Source: an uncultured Gammaproteobacteria bacterium (lineage in GTDB: Bacteria; Pseudomonadota; Gammaproteobacteria; UBA9214). From it: a DNA stretch of 64,000 bases. The notes beneath the pieces are model-generated. The model did no database searches. It was not told the DNA's origin and saw only the letters and a program-made list of their open reading frames with translations. The position numbers were made by a program, and so were the translations under genes. Shown one piece after another: positions 11,746 through 20,723 of this stretch. Each line of letters opens with the position of its first letter. Positions within the stretch are counted from its first letter, which is position 1. The stretch covers positions 64,001-128,000 of the forward strand of contig CAWHCQ010000012.1 in the NCBI GenBank assembly GCA_963827755.1. The letters are read 5' to 3'.

Positions 11746-11755
11746 GGAAACAAGT

Positions 11756-12268
11756 ATGAAACGCCGTGACTACAGAAAACATCCGCCGCGCAATCAAAAG
11801 GGTGCGGCCCTGATGGTCAGCCTGGTCTTTCTGGTAATCATGACCATCATCGGCATCGCCTCCATGAACACCGCTGTCATGGAAAACCTGATGGCGGCCA
11901 ACAGCCAGTTCCAGGTCAGCTCGCTGGCAAATGCAGAATTTATCCTCGGTTCGGCGGAAGATGATATCGAGACCATAGTTTCAGATGCGAACGCCCTGGC
12001 GTTCGAGACCAGTGATGATCACTACTACCTGGCTGATGATGTCGATCCTGCAGTTAATGACTGGACCTTCAAGCATGCCACTACAACGCTGGGCAGTTAC
12101 GTCATCGAGTATGCGGGCAAACATCCGATTCCCGGCGAGTCCGCCGAAATGGGTGCAGGCACTGCCGGCTCCTTTGTATACCTGTTTCTGGTCAGTGCAC
12201 AGAACGTGACGAGTAAAGGCGCCAGGCGCAACGTCCAGACGGTTTATGTGACAGAGAATGCTCCCTGA
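11756..12268 (+). CDS. pilX: Type IV pilus minor pilin PilX
   Basis: QKG-AALMVSLVFL, lacking Glu5 as is typical of PilX; position in the operon. Confidence 0.9.
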   Translation: MKRRDYRKHPPRNQKGAALMVSLVFLVIMTIIGIASMNTAVMENLMAANSQFQVSSLANAEFILGSAEDDIETIVSDANALAFETSDDHYYLADDVDPAVNDWTFKHATTTLGSYVIEYAGKHPIPGESAEMGAGTAGSFVYLFLVSAQNVTSKGARRNVQTVYVTENAP

Positions 12269-12287
12269 GCATGAAGAGAGGAATATT

Positions 12288-15200
12288 ATGAAAACTTTTA
12301 CATCTTCGGTTCGACATCTTGTCATTGCGATCAGCACGGGGCTTATTGCCGTTGGCGTGTTTGCGGCCGCCAGCTTCTTCCCCGACACCCAGCCGACCTG
12401 GAGCCCGGCTTCATTTACACTCAAGTCAACTGACCTGAGTGCGGGTGCCACCAAGGCCTATCGCCCCTGGTTCGAAAACGGCGCCTGGCAGGGCAATGTG
12501 ATTGAATACAACGTCGCCATGAATGGCACACGTACCCTCGGCAGCTGGACGGCCCGTGACACCTTTGCCGCCAAAGAGGCCGCCGTTGTTGACTACTGGA
12601 AGGCCACTGCCGTGGACGGCGGCCGCAAGATCATTACGGGTGACGGCGACGATACCCAGCTGGCCTTCCGCTGGGATACGCTTACCAACACCCAGCGCGA
12701 GTTGCTCGACCCGGAGATCTCGGCCGATTACGACCCGCTCGATGCTACCAGCTGGGACAGCCCGAAACTGAACTATGTCCGCGGCGACCGCAGCAACGAA
12801 AAACCCGATGGCCTGCTGCGCAAGCGCTACAGCCTGCTGGGTGACATCATCAATTCCCGGCCTGTCTATGTGGGCGCCCCGGAAAGTAATTACACCCTGC
12901 CCGGCTATGCCGCCTACAAGAATAGCAATATCAGCCGGGCCGGACGGGTCTATATCGGTGCCAACGACGGCATGGTGCATGCCTTCGATGCCAGCGATGG
13001 TCACGAGGTCTATGGCTATGTACCCTCCATGCTGATGTACAAGCTGGGCAACCTGTCACGCAATCCCTACTTTCACAATTACTATGCCGACGGGGAGATG
13101 GTGGCCGCCGATGCGATGGTCAACGGCACCTGGAAGACGGTGCTGGCCGGCGGACTCGGCGCCGGCGGCCTTGGCCTGTTCGTGCTTGATGTGAGCAACC
13201 CGGATCTCAGCGACGAAACATCGGCCAGCGGCACCGATAAAAAGGTGCTCTACGAGGATACCGGGGATATTTTCGGTGAAAAACATCTCGGCAATATATA
13301 CGGCCGGCCGAGGATCGCCCTGTTGCCGGACGACAAATGGTACGTGGTAACCGGTAATGGCTTCGGCTCGGATAATGGCGAAGCCGAGCTCTATATGCTC
13401 AAACTCAAGGACGGCGGCAAGAGCGTCATAAAGACCGGCGTCAAGCCCGGCAACGGCCTGGCGGCCCCGGCCCTGGTGGATGAGGACAACGACGGCGTGG
13501 CGGAACTTGCCTACGCCGGTGACCTGCTGGGCAACCTGTGGAAATTCGATCTCGACGGAAAGGATGCCTACAAGCTGTTTGCGGCCGGGGTCGACAAGCC
13601 GATCACCACGGCCCCCGATATCGCGCGCCATCCCATGGGCGGACACCTGGTCTATTTCGGTACCGGCAGCGTGCTCAGTGCCGTCGATCACGACAACATC
13701 GACCAGCAGAGCGTCTATGCCATCTGGGACAAGCACGGACAGACCACGGCAGTCAGCGCGGCCGACCTGCGCACCCAGACACTCACCGAGGCAACGCATC
13801 CGGACGGCGTCCGGGTACGGGTCGCCACGGCCAATGCCATCGACTGGAGTACCCACGCCGGCTGGCAGGTGGATTTGCCGGGTGAGGGCGAGCGAGTCAA
13901 GGGCCATCCGCAATTGCGCGGCGGACGCCTGCAGTTTGTCAGCGATAACCCCGAGGGCGAAAGCTGGATGATTGAACTCAACTGGCTCACCGGCGGCGAT
14001 TCCAACAAGGTCTTTTTCGATCTCAATGGCAACAATGCCCTGGATACGGGTGACAATGTCACGGTGGGCCTCGAGGTGAAGACCGCGGTAGCCCGTTACC
14101 TGGGTGACAGTACCTACTCCCAGCCCACCTTTGCGCGTGTCGCGAGCGGCAAGGATATTATATTCATCAATGGCCTGACCCTGCCCGAATCACTCGAGCC
14201 GGTGGTGGTCGGTGACGTGGTCGGCGGTGTGCAGGGCGGTCACTTCGACGTCGATACCGATCTCGAGCTGGGTGACAGCACGGATGATCACACCCATGAA
14301 TACGATGATAAGTTCAACACCACGGTCGTGGATTATTATGCCATGGGAGATGGACACACCGGGGTCAATGATGCCGGGATACCCACCGACAAGAAATTTG
14401 TGGTGGTTCTGTCCAACTCGGACCTCTCACCCGGCGGCGATGCTGACCATCAAGAACAAGTCCTGGAACGTGGTCGACTACCAGGAGATGGTGCAGCAGA
14501 GACTCGAGGACTGGGACGGCGTCTCGCCCCTGCTGGATTACGACGGGGATGACCTGACCTATACACTGAATGAGATCACTGCCGCGTCGGGTACCGTCAA
14601 GATTGCCTTCAACGACCGCGCCATCCTCGATGGCGGCCTGATCGGTACCTCGACCGGCTGCATCAAGGGCAACAACGCCTGGGAAGAGACCGGCCGCTAC
14701 CGCGGCGGGGCGCTGATCATGCACCTGCTCGACTACAGCCAGCTCCAGGCGGGTGATGCCGCGAGCAATATCTGGGTTGCGCAGGATCCGGTCGACCTGG
14801 TCCCGGGTATGCAGGGCGGCGGTCTACTCGGCAATTTCGATGATCCTTCCGGCTTCCTGTTTGAATCGACCATCTTCTGGCACTACGACGGCGCCTGCTA
14901 CGGTGATGAGGAGTGGGCAGCGGATTTCGCCGAGGCAACCGCGACCTACGGCATCGACGAGTTGAGCGCCCTGTTCCCCAATTATGCCGCCAACGCGGAA
15001 ACGGCCAATGTACTGCTGACCCAGCTGTTCAGCGTCGAGTGCGAGGACGGCAAGGGCCTGGAATGCGACGGGGAAGATGTCTTCAAGGACATCGTAGAGT
15101 CCCTGAAGGATCTGCTGGATGATGACTGGAAGGAATTCGAGAAGATCCTCGATCGGATCAAGATCGAATACGAATCAACCAGTATCACCAAGCCGAGCAC

Positions 15201-15303
15201 CGGCACGCCCGGCGATGTGCTGGATGCCTCGCAGGACCTGACACCGGCGCTGGGCCCCAACTTCGGCAGTGGCCGGCGCAGCTGGATCGACATGCACGAG
15301 TAA
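12288..15303 (+). CDS. pilY1: PilY1/PilC-type pilus adhesin, +1 frameshift near 14439
   Basis: NYVRGD, LGDIINSRP, YIGANDGMVHAF, YAGDLLGNLWKFD and VYFGTG motifs; terminal GRRSW motif in ORF 14212..15303. Confidence 0.88.
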
Positions 15304-15377
15304 TGCCAGCGCCGGCGGCGCCCGCCCGGGTGTCGCCGGTCAGCAGGCGAATACTGTATGTGGTTAACGTTATTTAA

Positions 15378-15803
15378 ATGGAAACGATTATGAACAGACA
15401 GCCAGCCGGACAGCGTGGATTTACGCTCATTGAACTGATGATCGTGGTGGTCATTATGGCGATCATCGCCGCCATCGCCTTGCCCTCCTACCAGGAGCAT
15501 ATGCGCAAGACACGGCGCTCGGAGGCCAAGTCACACCTCCTGGACCTGGCCAACCGCATGGAACGCTATTACGCCAACCAGAACAGCTACACGGGTGCGA
15601 CTGTCGCCGCCCTGATGGGCAGCACCAGCAGCGAGCATGGTTATTACACCCTGAGCATCGATCCCCTGGCGGCTGAAACCTACACCCTCAAGGCCGCCCC
15701 GGCGGCAGTGCAGAGCAGCGACAAGTGCGGGACCTTTACCTACAGCTCAAGCGGCACCCACGGCGTATCGGGCGGTTCGCTGAACGCCGATGCTTGCTGG
15801 TAG
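15378..15803 (+). CDS. pilE: Type IV pilin PilE (ComP/PilE-like)
   Basis: RG-FTLIELMIVV and IALPSYQ motifs; C-terminal D-x-C-G...CW. Confidence 0.93.
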   Translation: METIMNRQPAGQRGFTLIELMIVVVIMAIIAAIALPSYQEHMRKTRRSEAKSHLLDLANRMERYYANQNSYTGATVAALMGSTSSEHGYYTLSIDPLAAETYTLKAAPAAVQSSDKCGTFTYSSSGTHGVSGGSLNADACW

Positions 15804-15830
15804 TGGCCGGCCCGTTTAATTCAGGCAAAT

Positions 15831-15860
15831 AAAAAAGGCACCCTTGCAGGTGCCTTTTTT
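15831..15860. terminator. Bidirectional intrinsic terminator between pilE and the FG-GAP gene
   Basis: AAAAAAGGCACC-CTTGCA-GGTGCCTTTTTT. Confidence 0.9.
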
Positions 15861-15982
15861 AACACAATCCAGGCAGGCCGGAGCCAAAAATTGTGGTGAT
15901 GTTCAAACGTGTTTCTCGTGATCAATCATGCAAATATACCGGAGGCCGGGGTGTGGTTTGCACCGGGATGCAGGAGCGTTGC

Positions 15983-17377
15983 TTATGCGCAGTCGCCGAA
16001 GCCGAGGATTCGGAAGAAGCTGTTGCGTTCGCACTCGGTGCTGGTATCGGCCTTGTCCATGAACAGGATCCAGACCGCCCCCTTTTCGATGCCCAGGGTC
16101 TTGTCGAACGGTGCGCCGACGGCCAGGTCGGGCGCACGTCTGCGGTCAAGGTTGCCGATGCCGGCTACGGCGGCGCCAAACCGGTCACCGCTGTTCAGCG
16201 TGGCACCGAGCAGGCCCGTGTTGCGGGAAATCTTCTGCAACTGGTTCACGGTGCCGTCGCGCTTCATGAACAGCAGCCAGACGGCGCCGCTGTCTATGGC
16301 GCCATCGTCGTCAAAGGGTGCGCCCACGGCCAGGTCGATGACGCCGTCGAGGTTGATATCGCCGGCATTGGCGAGCGCCTCCCCGAAGCGGTCACCGCCG
16401 TTCAGCGTGGCGGCCAGTCCGCCTTCGGCCGCGGAAATTTTCTGTTCAGTCGAAACCGCACCGTCCGGGCGCAGGAACAGGACCCAGGCGGCACCGTGTT
16501 CGGTTGCACCGTCGTCGTCGCCGGGTGCGCCCACGGCGATGTCCACGACATTATCCAGGTTCAGGTCGCCCAGGTTGGCGAGTGCGCGGCCAAAGTTGTC
16601 GCCGCCAGTGAGGACGCCGTCAAGGCGGCCGCTCTCCATGGAGATCTTCTGCTCGGTCAGGACCGTGCCGTCGGCGTTCATGAACAGAATCCACACGGCC
16701 CCGGCGTCGCTGGCAGCGTCATCGTCCAGCGGTGCGCCGACCGCGAGGTCGGTTATGCCGTCGCCGTTCAGGTCACCGAGCGCCGTGATGGCGGCGCCAA
16801 ACTGGTCCCCGTTGTCGAGCCTGCCATCGAAGTTACCCTCGAGGCTCGAGATTTTCTGCTCGTCGCGCACCGTGCCGTCCTGCCGCAGGAACAGTATCCA
16901 CACCGCGCCGCGATCGGTGCCGCCGTCATCGTCCAGCGGGGCCCCGATGGCCGCGTCGAGGACGCCGTCGCCATTGAGGTCGCCGATGCCGGCGACGGCG
17001 CTGCCGAAGCGGTCGCCATCATTCAGGCTGCCGTTGAAGTCGCCATCGCTGGCCGAAATTCTGGTCTCCGTGTCAACGCTGCCGTCGGTGTCCATGAACA
17101 GAATCCAGGCCGCACCGCGCCCGGGGCCGCCGTCGTTGTCCATGGGTGCACCGACCAGCAGATCCACTACCCCATCGACTTCCAGATCGCCCAGGATCGC
17201 GACTGCGTACCCGAATTCGGTGTTGTCCTGCAGTATGCCGTTGAAATTCCCTTCAGATTCAGAGACCTTCTGTTCTGAATCGACATTGATGGTAATGATG
17301 GGGTCGTCAAGGTCACAACCCGCCACGCTGCCTGTCAGGGCGACTGCAAGCACCAGTCTGGTGAGAAACCTGCTCAT
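15983..17377 (-). CDS. FG-GAP (integrin-alpha-like) repeat lipoprotein
   Basis: Lipobox VAGC; six ~69-aa repeats FG-x-A...GDLNGDG...VGAP...GAVWILF with a ~207-nt period. Confidence 0.88.
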   Translation of the reverse strand: MSRFLTRLVLAVALTGSVAGCDLDDPIITINVDSEQKVSESEGNFNGILQDNTEFGYAVAILGDLEVDGVVDLLVGAPMDNDGGPGRGAAWILFMDTDGSVDTETRISASDGDFNGSLNDGDRFGSAVAGIGDLNGDGVLDAAIGAPLDDDGGTDRGAVWILFLRQDGTVRDEQKISSLEGNFDGRLDNGDQFGAAITALGDLNGDGITDLAVGAPLDDDAASDAGAVWILFMNADGTVLTEQKISMESGRLDGVLTGGDNFGRALANLGDLNLDNVVDIAVGAPGDDDGATEHGAAWVLFLRPDGAVSTEQKISAAEGGLAATLNGGDRFGEALANAGDINLDGVIDLAVGAPFDDDGAIDSGAVWLLFMKRDGTVNQLQKISRNTGLLGATLNSGDRFGAAVAGIGNLDRRRAPDLAVGAPFDKTLGIEKGAVWILFMDKADTSTECERNSFFRILGFGDCA

Positions 17378-17640
17378 ACTGTCAAGTATAGCCTTCCGCA
17401 GCATCAGGATGAAGCTCATACGGATCCAGTTTATGATGAGGCAAATGCCCCATGACTCAGCATAGGAAGCAGGCGTTATATCTTTGATCTATCGGGTAAG
17501 TTGATGTGGTGAGGCTCTATTACCGCGATAGCGGTTTAGTCCATCGACCCTAAGGAAGTACAGCCTCTTGTATTGTATGTCCGAGATTGCGGGGCGAAAG
17601 CTGACGTTCGCTTCCAGCGGATACCCGCCATAATCCCCCT

Positions 17641-17740
17641 ATGCTATTCACCGAAACCCAACTGGATGACGCCTACGCCTGGTTGTGCCACCGGTGCCGT
17701 CGCTTCCCGCCCAATGCCGATATGTGGCATCTGCGCTGCC
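17641..17740 (+). pseudogene. Probable 5' remnant of a standalone bacterial reverse transcriptase
   Basis: LDDAYAWLCHRCRRFPPNADMWHLR matches my recollection of the N-terminus of a small bacterial RT family (AY-x-WLC-x-x-R-x-x-x-P-x-x-AD-x-W-x-x-R). No YxDD domain follows. Confidence 0.55.
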
Positions 17741-17775
17741 GATCAGTACACAGAGTACGATCGGCAGAAGATGCG

Positions 17776-17801
17776 AGCGGAGCCCCATGTGAGACTCCGC
17801 T
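17776..17801 (-). terminator. Hairpin just after the dockerin-like gene, possible terminator
   Basis: Minus strand AGCGGAGTCTCACATGGGGCTCCGCT folds with G-U pairs; there is no strong U-tract. Confidence 0.45.
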
Positions 17802-17808
17802 TGATCAG

Positions 17809-18792
17809 TTACGGGTTACACAGCGAGCCAACGGGGCTCGGTCCTGGTAGCTGGAAGAACAGGCCCTTGAACAGGTTCAGATCCGTGAAATCCACCGGAC
17901 CGCCCGTGCTGTTCAGATCGTGCAGCGGGCTGCTCGTGAAGAAGTTCCCCTTGAACAGAGTGAGGTCCGTGAAGTCCACCGCTCCACAGGTCTGGTTGAA
18001 GTCACCGTCACAGATATTACCGTGACCGTCTGCATCGGTGTCTTCCTGGAGTGAGTTCGCCACGTTGATGCAGTTATCGGTGAGGTCACTGACTCCATCT
18101 GCATCCGCATCCGCAGCCATAATGATCGTAAGCTGATAAGGCCCCGTTGTTTCAGCCTCAAGTGATAAAAAAAAGGTCGAATCTGGTGTTGCGCCAAGAA
18201 CCTCTGTCCCGCTTTGCAGGGGAAACTGCGTAATACCTGACTGAACCGGAGACAGCGCAGTCGGTTCATTCCTGTTATCTGATACCACGACATAATAGGT
18301 GCCCGGGTCAAGCACAAGACCGGCTAGTAATGAATCATAAGCGCCATTCGGATAAGAGCCGGGATCTTCCGGGAAATCGCTGTCATCACTATAGGCAAGC
18401 AGTCTTCCATCCGAAGAAAAGACCGAAAGCAAACCGTCCAAACCCTCATCGACATCGAAGCAGAGCGTGGGGTCTGTCCCTGGTGGGCAAACATCGTCAG
18501 CGAAATCAATGTCAAAGATAATATCACTTGTGGCTGTTAAAACTATCTTGTAAAAGTCGATATCTGTTAGAGAAGATATTTCACCATCCACAGTTACGCT
18601 ATCGCCAATACCCAGGTCGGGGGGGCTAAGTGCCTGTGCATTAGGCAGAGTATCATTGCCCCCGGGACCTTCATCTTCAACGAAACAATCCGGACCGGTT
18701 GTGCAAGGGAGGGTGGGGGCAGCAGATGCAATTTGAGCAATTGCCAGCATCCCTGCAAATAATGCAAATGATAGAATTTTTTTGTTCTTCAT
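17809..18792 (-). CDS. Secreted protein: PPC/DVUA0089-like domain, thrombospondin type-3 repeat and dockerin-like C-terminus
   Basis: Signal peptide; E-x-E-x-x-GNDT...DIDFY...GTYYVVVS; DADADGVSDLTDNC; duplicated D-[FL]-N...VDFTDL-x-LFK repeat ending PGPS. Confidence 0.8.
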   Translation of the reverse strand: MKNKKILSFALFAGMLAIAQIASAAPTLPCTTGPDCFVEDEGPGGNDTLPNAQALSPPDLGIGDSVTVDGEISSLTDIDFYKIVLTATSDIIFDIDFADDVCPPGTDPTLCFDVDEGLDGLLSVFSSDGRLLAYSDDSDFPEDPGSYPNGAYDSLLAGLVLDPGTYYVVVSDNRNEPTALSPVQSGITQFPLQSGTEVLGATPDSTFFLSLEAETTGPYQLTIIMAADADADGVSDLTDNCINVANSLQEDTDADGHGNICDGDFNQTCGAVDFTDLTLFKGNFFTSSPLHDLNSTGGPVDFTDLNLFKGLFFQLPGPSPVGSLCNP

Positions 18793-19109
18793 ATGTAGCC
18801 CCTGGAGATAGTGCAAAATATCTGGATTAACTTGCGTTATATATTGTTCCACAATTAATGCGATCATAACCTGCAATATTTGTGCCAGACTTAGTGGCTC
18901 AATTATACCAACTATATAGTGGCAGGCCAAGTGAAAACGTGGACAATAATGTAAGGGTTACCAGAAAAATGTCTGGAATACCTTACACTTTAACCTGGGA
19001 TAACCCGTTAGCCCTCCCGTTCAAACCAGCCCGCAACAAAGGCTGTCCGGGCACATTTGACTCTGAATACAGGTGTAAAAAGTGTTCGGACACCTGTTTT
19101 CCCGAAAGT

Positions 19110-19375
19110 ACCAGCGGTAAACCGCATTCGGATAGACCGAACGACAGCCGGCATCCCGTTTCGACCTTTGATTTCCATGTGCAGGAATACCACCGGCATC
19201 CTTGATCATGCGCGCCATATGCATGAGGTTCCAGGTCATAAAAGTCGTGTTGAGATTCGTTAAATCGTTCTCCGGCCCGCCGGAGTCGAGGTCCGGGTAC
19301 GAAGGGCCCGGTCCTGCTTCAATCAGCCAGGTGGCATCGGCCTGCGGTGGAATAACCTAACCAGGATGCTGCAGC
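19110..19375 (-). pseudogene. 3' remnant of a flavodoxin/NADPH-dependent FMN reductase family gene
   Basis: LQHPG*VIPPQADATWLIEAGPGPSY...GGPENDLTNLNTTFMTWNLMHMARMIKDAGGIPAHGNQR, with an in-frame stop and no 5' part. Confidence 0.75.
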
Positions 19376-19431
19376 TACAAGTTGACGAAGCAAAGAAAAG
19401 CGTCTCGCCGTCAGGCAAAACCTGAACCCGG

Positions 19432-20702
19432 CTAGCCTTCCTTCTCCTGAAGAATTCCGGTCTCGCCCTCCAGCCGGCCAATCAGAACAGCCCCGCAGGA
19501 ATCACTGAATACATTCACACTGGTCCTCATCATATCGAGAATGCGATCAACGGCGAGAATCAGGCCGACGGCCTCGACCGGCAGACCAATCGCACTCAGG
19601 ATGATTGTAATGGCGACCAGGCTGGCCGCCGGGATACCGGCCACGCCGATGGATGTCAGCAAGGCCACCAGTACGACCGTGAACTGCGTGGCCAGCGTCA
19701 GCTCAAGGCCATAGGCCTGGGCAATAAACATGGCCGCCACGCATTCGTAAAGGGCGGTGCCGTCCATGTTGACGGTGGCCCCCAGCGGCAGCACGAAGCT
19801 GCTGGTACGGTTGGAAACCCCGGCATTCACGGTCACGCATTCCATGGTGACCGGCAAGGTCGCCGATGAGGACGCCGTGGAAAACGAGGTCAGCAAGGCG
19901 GGCAGCATGGCACGGTAGTGCCTGAGCGGGCTTGACCTTGCCAACCAGTACAAGCAGCAGCGGCAAGACAATCAGGAAATGTGCTGCCAGTGCCAGCAGC
20001 GACGGTGAGGAAAAATGCCAGCAGTGGTGCAAGTGCGGCAAACCCGGTTGATGCCACGACCTTGGCTACCAGCGCAAATACACCAATGGGTGCAAACAGC
20101 ATGACCCATTCCGTGATTCTCATCATCACGTCAAACACGCCCTGCCACAGGTCTTTCAAGACCGTCCCGCCAGGGCCGGAAAGTCGCGACATAAAATAAC
20201 CGAATAACAGGCTGAAAAAGATCAGCCCCAGCATCTGTCCCTCGGCGGCAGCGGCAACGATATTGGTCGGGACCATGCGCAGGAATATTTCAACAACATC
20301 TTCAATGCCGCGGCCCGACACCTGCTCTGCAACAAAACCATCGTCCACAGACTGGGGCAGAATTTCCCTGGCGGGCTCACCGTCCACTATCCCGGGCGCA
20401 ATAATATTCACCATCAGCATGCCGACCAGGATCGCAAACAGGCTGGTCGTCAGGTAATAGAGAAGTGTCTTGCCACCAAGCCGTCCCATGGCACCACTTG
20501 CACCAATGCCGGCTATGCCGGTGATGATAGAAGACATGATCAGGGGAACGATGAGCATCTTCAGGGCATTGAGGAATAATGTGCCCAGGAAGGTATAGAT
20601 ATCAAAAAAACGGATGCCGAGGAAAGCGGCATCCGTCCCCGTTACAAGGCCGATGATAACGGCCAGAGCCAACGCAATCAGGATCTGCCAGTGCAGCTTC
20701 AT
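19432..20702 (-). CDS. Dicarboxylate/amino acid:cation symporter (GltP/DAACS family), two +1 frameshifts near 19927 and 20000
   Basis: [36 protein letters not shown] and DRILDMMRT motifs spread over three ORF pieces. Confidence 0.88.
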
Positions 20703-20723
20703 TATAAACCCGTGCCCAGGCTA

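Noticed and set aside
10779-15303. Phase variation or programmed frameshifting in pilW and pilY1
   Set aside because: No homopolymer, simple-repeat tract or slippery heptamer at the sites, and identical +1 events occur in housekeeping genes.
16060-17230. ~207-bp periodic DNA repeats, considered as a CRISPR, DGR or other array
   Set aside because: They are degenerate coding repeats matching the protein blades, with no identical repeats plus unique spacers and no cas or intact RT gene.
15893-17465. Two long plus-strand ORFs (461 and 518 aa) opposite the FG-GAP gene
   Set aside because: Antisense shadows of a very GC-rich repetitive gene; only the minus frame has a lipobox and recognisable motifs.
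17736-17812. Palindromes after the dockerin-like gene as an integron attC site
   Set aside because: TAAC is present at the stop codon but there is no matching GTTRRRY core, and there is no integrase.
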